A stretch of DNA of 60,716 bases, counting the filler, from Hausera hauseri (Eukaryota): assembly GCA_046269625.1 (NCBI GenBank). It is 11 parts of 11 records of this genome, joined end to end, with 100 filler letters (N's around TTAATTAATTAA, not from the genome) between each part and the next. Parts side by side here need not be neighbours in the genome. Positions count along the whole stretch, not along the records: positions 50,421 to 54,476 come from JBJURY010789980.1; positions 54,577 to 60,716 come from JBJURY010134762.1; 9 more parts are not named here. One strand, written 5' to 3'. The notes under the pieces are model-generated. The model was not told where the DNA came from, did not search any database, and saw nothing but the letters and a program-made list of their open reading frames with translations. The first letter of the stretch is position 1, and every line of letters begins with the position of its first letter. Made by a program: the position numbers and the translations under genes. Shown one piece after another: positions 50,798 through 60,716 of the stretch.

Positions 50798-52837
50798 ATG
50801 GAGAACATAGCCAACAACAATCTGGTAAATCTGATCACAGACTCATGCAATGGATACCTCTGCATAATTCCAGCTGCCTACGAACTCTTAATGGTATTTC
50901 AACGAACTCTACATGATACCAATGAAAATGAAAGATCCATCAATGGGAAATTCTTAAACTGCACCAGTGAAAACCCATTTGTTGGAACGATTAAATTCAG
51001 TGGGGTACTTCTGTCCGTCATTGCCATGGCAACAATGGCCTTTATGGTCAAACGAGTGTCATGTGGTAGACAGTGTTGCCATGGTCGACCTGGACTGGCA
51101 TTACCAATGGAAATGCTGGAATCCCACGATCATCTTGTGGAATATTCCTTCGTATTTCTGTCGACAACTGACGATGTCTACGTGAGTATATTCGAAGGAA
51201 CAAACATATTTGGATCTCAATTACCAATAGTAAAATTTTTCATCAAATTACTTCTCGTCTTTTCCATTGTGATTACTTATTATCCTTTGTTTTCAGGTGT
51301 GCGACATCGATGTTTGTATGGCTACATCATGGCATTGATTTTATCGATTATTTTGTTCAGCATCGTCATGTGTCAGAATTATTTCGTGATTATTTGTCTC
51401 ACAAAAATAAAAATTATTCCGTTTCTTTTTACTGTGATCTTCAGTACGACGTTTGACTTGGGTCTTATCATCATTTTTATGATGAGGATTGTGAACCATA
51501 TCAGATGGAATGGATGCAAATTATGGGAGAAATCAATCAGCAGCGATGAACAGAAAAATCAATATTGGTTCATTTATGTGAAGGAATTATTGAGGGACAA
51601 TAATTTTGAATTGGTTCAGATGGAGGAGACTCATAAAAGTACTGTGAAAGAAGTTTTGTCCAATTTCAAATGCAGCGCCATGAGGAACAAAATGAGGAAG
51701 AATATATACAGGGAAATTCCCGGATTCAGTTTGCCTCCACGGTTGATTATTGGGATACTATTTGGATTGTACTTTGCGTATCGAATATTCATTGACCAAA
51801 TTTATGATATGACCCCAATGGCATGGAATTTCATTGCGGCTATTCAATTGCTATACCCCACAACAAAAACAGACACTACTGCTGCATTCAAGGTCATCAC
51901 AGGCAACTTATCTCAATATTCAACTAAACAAGTCCTCAATTCATTCCGTTACATCATTTTCCTTTATGCCAATATTTTACTAGGGTGTCTCATATTTTCT
52001 GTCATCAGCAGCTTCCTCGTCACCATCATCCAATGTTTCCTCACTGTACGCAGTTATCGATTGAAATTTCTCCAGCTAACTCAAACTGGATTCTCCTCCA
52101 TGATAAATCTCGATAAAGCACCTGAACCTCATTCATTGATATTGGGATTTGTGAGATTTAGTGGATTCCAGGCTGCTTATATTCTGTGGGCAATTCTGGC
52201 AATGATCTTCTTCCAGTTTGTTGTAACATTCTTTGCTGTTGGAGTGTTCCTCGTGCCGTTGATCTACATCCCAAATTCGTGGAGCAGATCCGTTCTTATC
52301 AATTACAGTCCCGTCATTATTACATCGTTCATTTTCAACTATCTTCAATCGGTGATCATCAAATATGCATTCGTAAAGGAGAGGGGCCAACTTATGGAGG
52401 TGAACAATAGAAATGCATTTACTATCTACAGCCATGTTGTCTTCTTTGTCAATGCCATGATGGGATTCTTCAGTTCCATAAAGAAGGCCATTGTGTGGAT
52501 AGTTTGTGGAATTTTTTCCATGGGTCGAATTGATTTCAACTCTCTACCGGACTATTTGAAAGGGTGTGATGGAGGATTTATGAGTTTTCTTGGGTTCCTG
52601 TACACTGAACAGTATCACCACAATCCAATACTGCGCTGTTTTGTTAGTCTACTGCGTGATAAAGATAGCACGGTGGATGAAGGTTCGTTATTTGGAAACC
52701 AAATTTTATTGGATAACAGAAATGGTAGAAAATCAAAGAAGTATCGAAACAAATGGCTAGTAACGTACACTTTAATCCATAACCACAAACTTCTCGGTGA
52801 GAGGAAATTATTTCTGTCCAACAATATCATACCCTGA
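50798..52837 (+). CDS. STRA6: STRA6/RBPR2-family (retinol-binding-protein receptor-like) multi-pass membrane protein
   Basis: Intact 679-aa ORF with many TM segments and family motifs 'GRPGLALP', 'YYPLF', 'RFSGFQAAYILW', 'NNR..F', 'GRID', 'DGGF.SF.GFL..E..HHNP', 'RNKWLVTYTLIHN..L'. Confidence 0.88.
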   Translation: MENIANNNLVNLITDSCNGYLCIIPAAYELLMVFQRTLHDTNENERSINGKFLNCTSENPFVGTIKFSGVLLSVIAMATMAFMVKRVSCGRQCCHGRPGLALPMEMLESHDHLVEYSFVFLSTTDDVYVSIFEGTNIFGSQLPIVKFFIKLLLVFSIVITYYPLFSGVRHRCLYGYIMALILSIILFSIVMCQNYFVIICLTKIKIIPFLFTVIFSTTFDLGLIIIFMMRIVNHIRWNGCKLWEKSISSDEQKNQYWFIYVKELLRDNNFELVQMEETHKSTVKEVLSNFKCSAMRNKMRKNIYREIPGFSLPPRLIIGILFGLYFAYRIFIDQIYDMTPMAWNFIAAIQLLYPTTKTDTTAAFKVITGNLSQYSTKQVLNSFRYIIFLYANILLGCLIFSVISSFLVTIIQCFLTVRSYRLKFLQLTQTGFSSMINLDKAPEPHSLILGFVRFSGFQAAYILWAILAMIFFQFVVTFFAVGVFLVPLIYIPNSWSRSVLINYSPVIITSFIFNYLQSVIIKYAFVKERGQLMEVNNRNAFTIYSHVVFFVNAMMGFFSSIKKAIVWIVCGIFSMGRIDFNSLPDYLKGCDGGFMSFLGFLYTEQYHHNPILRCFVSLLRDKDSTVDEGSLFGNQILLDNRNGRKSKKYRNKWLVTYTLIHNHKLLGERKLFLSNNIIP

Positions 52838-53469
52838 TGACAATCTCATATTTCTATCATCCATACGGACGTCAAATGTTCATCAAATGTTACAGATTAA
52901 CAACAATTTTATTATACAAATTTTTATGGACCATTGTTACTGTTTCAGTGTCTTTCTTTATCTTCATTCTTATAAAACTTCTTATCAATTTTAATCATCT
53001 TTACTAACGTTTACTAATACAAATTCAAAATAATTTGTAATCAATATTATAATTAAATGACAAATATATAGTATTACCATTAGGGTTGTTTAATTCGGTT
53101 TGAAAATGCAGGACAAAATCCGTACAAACAAATTTGTCTCAGTCAGAAAATTAAAGTCCGCATTTTGTTAAGAAGAAAATTTTCTAATTTCTACAAAAAT
53201 ACAAGACCTTACAAATTGCATGAGGAAGTGTGTATGTGACATAAGTATATAGTCTGTATGGAAAATACTAGAAATTTATTTATCTTTCACAACTCATAAT
53301 CGACTATGAATTATTTTCATTTACAACAATACTAAATAACTTTCGTTATTGGATAAGTCGTCCATTGGGTAACTTGAGCTCGCCTTGTAAAATTGAGATA
53401 TTAATTAAATGCTTATTTCATTGATATTTTTTAAAACCTCATCCAATCTGATAACCCTTTATTTCATGC

Positions 53470-54338
53470 AGGAAATTCATTTTGATACTATCCTAAAACC
53501 ACGATAAATGCACCGTGTTTTCCCTCAAATCGGTCGGGAAATCCTCTGAAATTTTATAGGTTGGAAAAAATCTTGCGGCATACAACGTGCGTTACGTCGT
53601 TTACATACAATGAAGAAAAATACGATTCTCCAAACCGGAGAATATTTTTCGTCATATCACCAATATTCAGTTGGTTAAAACCAAATAAAACAATCCGACA
53701 CGACTGAAACAATTGACAATAAAAGTATTTCTCTGGAATATTCAACTGTTTTTTGTCCGAATGATTCCATAAACATTCTATCCAGAATTTATTTATTAGT
53801 TTTATATCTGACGATTTCGATTTGATCAACTTCAAAACGGGATTCAATCGAACCAATTGCATCCGATATGGGACAAAGTGTGTTGCAGTATGAATTTCAT
53901 CCGTCAACAATCCACCCATAAACAACACCTTCAATTTCAATGTTTCAACGAATTCGTTGGTAAATCCACGAAAACAAATCTTTTTCGATTGTAAAATACA
54001 ATTTATATTTGGATTTGACAATTTCTCTTTATAATCAGTTAAAAATTTACACAGGGCATTAACATCAACAACAACGCATGAAAACTTCTTTTCCCATTTC
54101 AATTTAGAATTTCGGTCGTTGACACAAACAACTGCATTGTTGAAATCCGACAGAGAAACATCTCCAACAATCACAGCACGATTGTCATTCACATAATGTG
54201 CATTAATTTTAAAAAAGACAATCTGAATTGGAGACTGAAAAAGATAAATATATGTCAATATTATGAACATTAAAATTCAACCCAATCATAGTTATTAATC
54301 TCGTTATTTGACTCACATTCTTCAACAAAAATCTTCAT
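53470..54338 (-). pseudogene. Tandem-BRCT protein (ECT2-like, TOPBP1 possible), disrupted at the end of the second BRCT
   Basis: Exon 1 at 54338-54282 (MKIFVEEC..), 47-bp GT-AG intron at 54281-54235, then 'ICFRGF..VLFMGG..ATHFV..WIECLW' and 'FQSCRIVLFGF..VTHVVC'. The BRCT-terminal 'VHLSWF*DSI' follows in a shifted frame with a stop. Confidence 0.65.
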
Positions 54339-54576
54339 TTTTCCTGAAATAAGTTAATGGCTTGTAAAAATTACAAAATAATTTTAAAATATTTTGTGTG
54401 AAACAATTTTACTATGAAAAAAACGAATGAAGTGAGCAACTTTATTGAAAGTTTTCAAAAATTAATTTCTTTATTTNNNNNNNNNNNNNNNNNNNNNNNN
54501 NNNNNNNNNNNNNNNNNNNNTTAATTAATTAANNNNNNNNNNNNNNNNNNNNNNNNNNNNNNNNNNNNNNNNNNNN

Positions 54577-55200
54577 AAATATAGTTATCAGAACTCTTGA
54601 TTCAGTTGGAATAAAAAAGCACAAACCTCTTAAGTGTCCTTGGCTCACTAGAAAGAACATCCTTGACAGAAAAAATTTTATGCCATAAATCATAAGAAAA
54701 GTGAGGATGAATTTAACTACTGGATCTTTAGTGATGAAAAAAAATTGGGTTGTCAGCAATGACGTCAATGAAAAGTGGTGGATCGGTTATGATGGGAATT
54801 CTTGTATCAAACCAACAGTAAAAATTAGTAACTCTATGATGATTTGGGGTTGCATGACTAGCAAGGGAGTTGGAAGATTGAAAGTATGTGAACAAAATAT
54901 GAATGTTGCTTACTACATATCCATTTTGGCTGATAGCTTGATGAATAGTGCTTTGGATTACTTTAGTGGGACTAATTTGGATTACTGGCTATTTCAAGAT
55001 GACAATGCTCCATGTCATCGTGACAAAGCTGTTGAAAAGTGGTACAACGTTAATGGAGCTAAGCGACTTTTTGGCCTTCCAGCAGTCCAGATGTTAGCCC
55101 CATTGAAAATTTGTAGGCCACTGCATGCTCAAAGTTGAAACATGAGATATTCTTTACAAAAAAACAACTTATAGCAGCTATAATCGAAGTTTGGTACTGT
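54577..55200 (+). mobile_element. Tc1-type (DD34E) transposase relic
   Basis: 'WIFSDE', 'PTVK..SMMIWGCM..GVGRL..MN...YISIL', 'FQDDNAPCH', 'SPDVSPIENL' across frameshifts. Confidence 0.9.
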
Positions 55201-57724
55201 TAGCGTTTGTTAATTGAAGCACAACAAAACTCAAGCCCCAAAAAACCCCAAACTACTGCCAGAGAGTAACCAACTCAGAGTAACCAGTACAATCCAAACA
55301 TGATTTAAAAAAGACAATTGATCCTGTTACTAATGAAAACTATAACTTTATCTGATCAATTCAAACATTATAAATGGTGACAATATGAATATTGATGTGA
55401 TGATTAATAAACCCCTTGTATATAATTGTCTTGCCTTCTGTTATTGTTAAACCCTTGATGGGTGTCCTGCCAAATCTGTTTCATGTACAAACATTGTTAA
55501 CCACGGCGGCTAAATAATAATTAATAAAAGACAATTAGATGTTAGAGTTCACCAGGTAAAATGCTAAACCAACAATAATCAATATACGTGAACATGTACG
55601 TGAATAGATAGTTGATAGCAGAAAGCAAATACACCAATTTGTTATAATCAATAGTGCACATAATTGATTTATCAGTTTAGAAAGTATAGTAAAACAAATA
55701 CAACAATTTATTACAACGATAATAGTACGCATAATTAATTAATTAATTTGGAAATTACAAACGAATTTGGAAAATCCAGAGATTTTGGTTCTTCTAAAAT
55801 CTAAAATTAGCAGAAAAATTATATTAGTTCTCGCAGAGATAGTGGAAACGAATTTGGAAAATCCAACAAATATTATTGGCTAAACATTTTGAAAATTCTA
55901 AAATTCCTGATAATTCGGGCTATATAAACAGTTTATTACCAGAAGAAAAGAACATTAATTCTAACACAAAATTTTTTACACATTAATCAAGTCTAATACG
56001 AATTTTACAACGAGATTGAAATAACAGTACAGTTAGTTACAGGTAATCTGGTCTGTTATTATTATTATAAATTAGTGCTTGTTACAGACCAGAAATTATG
56101 GATTCAGTATAATCATTATTACAGTTCAGTTTATATACTGAAGAGAAATTTTGTCGAAATATCGAATCATCGAAGGATAGACACTAAATCGATTTGGTAA
56201 GTACAGAGGAACAGTTATACAGGATCCACACACAAGCCAATCGCCACATCCGTTATTTAAATCCAATTCAACGATTTCAATTAGTAATATCAACTCTGAG
56301 AATGGCCGAACAAGAAAATAATCAATTGGAAATGCGAGGAGAATTTTTGGATAAATTCTTTACTTTACCAGTTAAGAAATTTAATCCATATTCGATAAAT
56401 TGATTAAACGTAAATATACAAAGCCGCCAAGAATTTTATTGTATGTCGAATTTGTCAATAATAAATCTTTTCAATAAAAAATCTTTGTTATTAACAGTGT
56501 GTATACTTGCAGCATGAGTGATGGCTCTTAGTGATGGCTGTGCGATCGATCACGAATCGACGAAACAAATTAACGACAATACCTTTTGTTGTTTCACGAT
56601 AAATTAAAGTTAAGAATTTTATAGGCAAACTATGTGGAAAATATATTTCATATCCTTAGTTGGTCAAGTTGTAAAATATTGTAATATAAATGTATATTAG
56701 CGATTATAAATAAGAAAATACCTTACAATACAGTTTGAACTCTAAAGTCGAAATCGGTAAATAATAAATAGTATGATATTCATTTCCTTTTAGTAAATTA
56801 TAAGTACCACTGAATTACAAAACTCATAAATATAATATGTATAACTATATCCTAAAATCCTTGATAAACTCGATACAAATGAGGTTGAATAAGTCGGACC
56901 AGCCGAGATATCCTTCATACAATATCGATTCAGACCCCGGGAAAAGTGAATCAGGTATTAAGGAAGTCAACTAATCAACTGAAATTTATTGATTGTACCT
57001 TGGACCAAGTCGACTGAGACGTTAGCACAATAGAGTCTCATCATTTAATGTGATGAACCTCTATTATAGACGAAAGATGACGTCATATAAATATGCTCTA
57101 ATTAACATTATCCAAACAGTCTTAATTGTGCTATAGTAAGTATAACTTGATTTTGTATTATGACTGGTACGACTATATTCAAATCGCCTACGTTATCAAA
57201 TATAGTTATGAACACCACGTATAGTCAGATAGGTTGGACAATGATTCAAGAACCAAAGTTGACGAAGCTTAGATTTTTAGATAATTGATCTAGGGTTGGA
57301 GTAAGCAAAGATTTCAATAACAACGTAATTATAAAATCTCGATAATTCTGTACTTACCAATAGTCCCGACTTATTAAGAAAGAAACATTGGATTCAGACA
57401 CCAGGATCGTCGAATCGTATGTAGAAAAGTGTAATGAAGAAGCGAATCCTTAATTAAAATGTATCTAAAAGTAGATACTCACTATAATCACGACTAACAC
57501 GATAGGACAATTTGATGGCACATTTGTTACATCAGGAGAAATAAAGTGTGAATATAATATTAGGCGCAGATTACGTTAGTAATAACCTCCTTCGATCTCA
57601 TACCTTCAGATCAATAAGATAGTATTTGCTCATTTTATATGTTATGGATGTTATAGCCTCTATGGTATTGGAACAGCCCAACACAGGATCAGATTAAAAA
57701 TGGCATGCTGAATTAATAGAGATA

Positions 57725-58441
57725 ATGGAAAATCATCGACATACTTTCGAGGAGACTATTTTCATAAAGAAATTAATTGAGGAAATCGATCCAGATTCCA
57801 AGGTTTTAAAAGATATAAGCAGATTAACGTCATTGTTATTAGAAATAGCGGAAATCAACGATGAGGAAATAAGACAATTGCAGAGTCGAATACGTCAGAC
57901 TCAGAAAATCACAATTCAAACTGACCAAAGGAAAGCAAAAATAGACGAACTGACTAGAGAATTGAACATATACAGAAATATATACGTTCTTATCGAATCG
58001 GAAATAGCCAATAAAACCGAATTCGTACAAAGGTGGCAGCAAGATGTAACTTTCGAGTTAACTGATTACCAATGAAAAGGATTTATTCAGGCAGACGAAA
58101 TTTGCCAAATGTTAACTTTGTTGCATCAGGTTTCCGGCAACGGACTCTGTTTCCGGACGACACAAATGGTCAAGACGCAACAAAAATTACGCGAAGTAAG
58201 GGAAATGGTACAAAATATTAGTGTAATCCAGCAACTAGAGATCCCTATTGACTATTGGCTTGCGGAAAATCACAACGATCCAGAATGGGATGCGTATTTT
58301 GATGCATTTCTCAGCAAAAATGTTATTAAAATTACACTTCAAGAAAATATTCGGAATCTTCTTATCGAGCACTATAGAATAATGTATATTTCACAAAATT
58401 CAGGAATGCATGATCGTTTCGAATTTCCTGCATCTTATTAA
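57725..58441 (+). CDS. Two adjacent uncharacterised coiled-coil-like ORFs (possibly one broken gene)
   Basis: 116-aa and 110-aa ATG-started ORFs in AT-rich DNA, rich in E/Q/I/L; no recognised motif. Confidence 0.35.
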
Positions 58442-58695
58442 TGGAATATTTAAGATTGTCAACTTTAAAACATTTGTTACGTTAGTATACGAATTATGAA
58501 ATATAGAGGAGTAAATACATATTTTATAATGAAAAATCGATTATTCGAAATATTTGTGAATATAAATTATTGTCTGATTTCCTGAAAATATATTTCCTAA
58601 ATAATTTTGACGAAATTTAACATAACATAACATTAAATATTGCAAATATTTGTTATAAAATTTTACATTAATTCATAAAATAACATAAAAATTCA

Positions 58696-60006
58696 ATGGT
58701 ACAAAAGTTTTCAAATCAGGAAGGAAATGAAAACCAAAATCCAGGAAAAAAGAAATTTGAAAAGCCATTACAAACAACTATTGGACAAAAGAAAAAAAGA
58801 GGTCCAGATTCTGTCAATAAATTACCCATCATAACTCCTATCCTTTCATGTAAATTGCGTGAGTTGAAACTTAAAAGACTTCACGATATGTTACTGTTAG
58901 AAGAAGAATTTGTGGACAGATTTAACCTCATAAAAAATGAACAACCCAATCAAGAGCAGGACGAAATCAATAATAAAACTATTTCAGAACTTCGGGGTCG
59001 TGAACAGCATTTGGCCAGTCTAGAGGAGATCATTGATGATAATCACGCTATTGTAAGTATTTCGGGATATCTGGATTTTTACGTTTCTATTTTGTCAATT
59101 GTGGATAAAGAAAAATTGGAACTTAATTGTACAGTATTATTAAATGAACATCACGATGCTATTGTTGGAGTGCTTGACGACAATATTGATTCTGCAGTTT
59201 CCTCAATGAAAATTAACAAGCCTCCTACAGTAACATATGCCGACATTGGAGGACTTGACAGTCAAATTCAAGAAATCAAAGAATCGGTAGAGATGCCACT
59301 TACCCATCCGGAGAAATATGAAGAAATGGGCATCAAACCACCAAAAGGAGTTATTTTGTACGGTGAACCAGGAACTGGCAAAACGTTACTTGCCCAAGCC
59401 GTTGCTAACCAAACGTCGGCTACATACATTCGTGTCTGTGGATCAGAACTTATAAAGAAGTACAGTGGAGAGGGACCGAAACAAATTAGAGAAATATTTC
59501 GAGTTGCCGGAGAACGTGCTCCTTCAATCATTTTCATCGATGAAATTGACGCTCTCGGCACAAAACGACGTGACACTGACTGTAGTGGTGAGAAAGAAAT
59601 TCAACGAACTATGATTGAATTGCTCACTCAATTAGATGGATTCGATTATAAGAGTGATGTGAAAGTTATCATGGCAACAAACAAAATAGAACCTCTTGAT
59701 CCTGCACTTATTAGACCCGGAAGAATAGATAGAAAAATTTATTTTCCTTTACCAAATTTCGAAACGAGAAAAAGAATCATTCAAGTTCATACGTCAAAAA
59801 TGAATTTGGCATCTGATGTTGATCTAAACGACGTAATACGTAACAACGACCTTTCTGGGGCTGACATAAAAGCCATTTGTACCGAAGCTGGACTCTTGGC
59901 TCTACGAGAACGCCGAATGGTGATAAATATGGACGATTTTCTAAAGGCAAAGAAAAGTCTTCTTTGTGAAAAGAAAGAAGATATTCCGCAGATTCTCTTC
60001 ATATAA
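58696..60006 (+). CDS. PSMC1: 26S proteasome AAA-ATPase regulatory subunit 4 (Rpt2)
   Basis: Intact 436-aa ORF: 'KKKRGPD..KLP', '[59 protein letters not shown]', Walker B IFIDEID, SRH '[14 protein letters not shown]'. Confidence 0.96.
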   Translation: MVQKFSNQEGNENQNPGKKKFEKPLQTTIGQKKKRGPDSVNKLPIITPILSCKLRELKLKRLHDMLLLEEEFVDRFNLIKNEQPNQEQDEINNKTISELRGREQHLASLEEIIDDNHAIVSISGYLDFYVSILSIVDKEKLELNCTVLLNEHHDAIVGVLDDNIDSAVSSMKINKPPTVTYADIGGLDSQIQEIKESVEMPLTHPEKYEEMGIKPPKGVILYGEPGTGKTLLAQAVANQTSATYIRVCGSELIKKYSGEGPKQIREIFRVAGERAPSIIFIDEIDALGTKRRDTDCSGEKEIQRTMIELLTQLDGFDYKSDVKVIMATNKIEPLDPALIRPGRIDRKIYFPLPNFETRKRIIQVHTSKMNLASDVDLNDVIRNNDLSGADIKAICTEAGLLALRERRMVINMDDFLKAKKSLLCEKKEDIPQILFI

Positions 60007-60434
60007 AATCAAGTTTTAAAACTAATCATTAAATTGTTTGTTACCATTCTCTGTAATCGGCTATTCGTCAATTTTCAGAATCAATTATTAGTTCTAATTG
60101 TCAAATCTGTCATCTCTAAATGGATTATGAGCTTTCAACCGTCAATTTACAATAGCTTTCTAAATTCCTGACGATAATTATTAACAATTTGTAAATTCCA
60201 TAAATTCCTGACGGTAATTGGTAAATTTCGCAGTCATTCTATTTTAATTCACTATTCTTCTTTAATATTCTACATATACATCAACTTGCCGCTTGGTTAA
60301 CAAACAACCATTTACAAATATCAGTGATAAAAAGGTGCTTCCCATCACTCAGGGGCTCCACAAAATAAAACAAGGGAAAGAAAAATTTTATTTTTGATTA
60401 GTCAGACGATCAAGGTCAGAAAATTATAAAAAAA

Positions 60435-60535
60435 TTCTCAATCAAAAGTAAATGTTTCAATGTTTCTCAATCAAAATTAAATGTTTCAATGTAAAACAAT
60501 TTTTAATCAAAAGTAAATGTTTCAATGTTTCTCGA
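60435..60535. repeat. Short tandem repeat (tcaatcaaaagtaaatgtttcaatg, about 3 copies) inside a probable non-autonomous DNA transposon
   Basis: Three imperfect copies; hAT-like end CAGGGGCTCCACAA at about 60350. Confidence 0.55.
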
Positions 60536-60716
60536 CCATGATATGCTTCTCATGTTAAAAGTTATAGAGCCTCAACACTACTTCAATTTGCTCTCGAACG
60601 GCGGTGATTAATAATGGATAAATATTTTGCTGTAAATTTATCGTTCCAGAAGGTAATTTCAAATGCTGATAATAATGATTACTACAGAAATCAACGTACC
60701 AACTTACCTCAAGCTA

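Noticed and set aside
50967-60002. Short alternative-frame and antisense ORFs inside the STRA6-like and PSMC1 genes
   Set aside because: Shadows of the real coding frames.

Overview
Eukaryotic window made of 11 unrelated contigs joined by ten artificial 100-bp N44-TTAATTAATTAA-N44 spacers, so adjacency across spacers means nothing. Most contigs come from an AT-rich, intron-poor, transposon-littered metazoan; I infer a fish-associated parasite such as a myxozoan. One contig (19027-24095) and one exon (ATP8B-type, 4473-4631) look like teleost DNA. Mobile-element content: many decayed Ty3/Gypsy LTR retrotransposons, a LINE fragment, Tc1/mariner relics, and two decayed Polinton/Maverick (adintovirus-type) protein-primed PolB genes. 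Other content: a 7.7-kb 50-bp satellite punctuated in register by a hairpin-bearing 150-bp unit, intact intronless STRA6-like and PSMC1/Rpt2 genes, and a disrupted ECT2-like BRCT gene. The most unusual feature is at 38206-41308: a 3.1-kb intronless, all-sense string of fragments from seven host genes (O-GlcNAcase, Piwi in two permuted pieces, RPB1, THOC2, DHX9, CPSF1, alpha-tubulin). Its junctions keep the reading frame and it runs straight into the leader and gag of a Gypsy element. All homology calls come from recalled protein motifs, not database searches.
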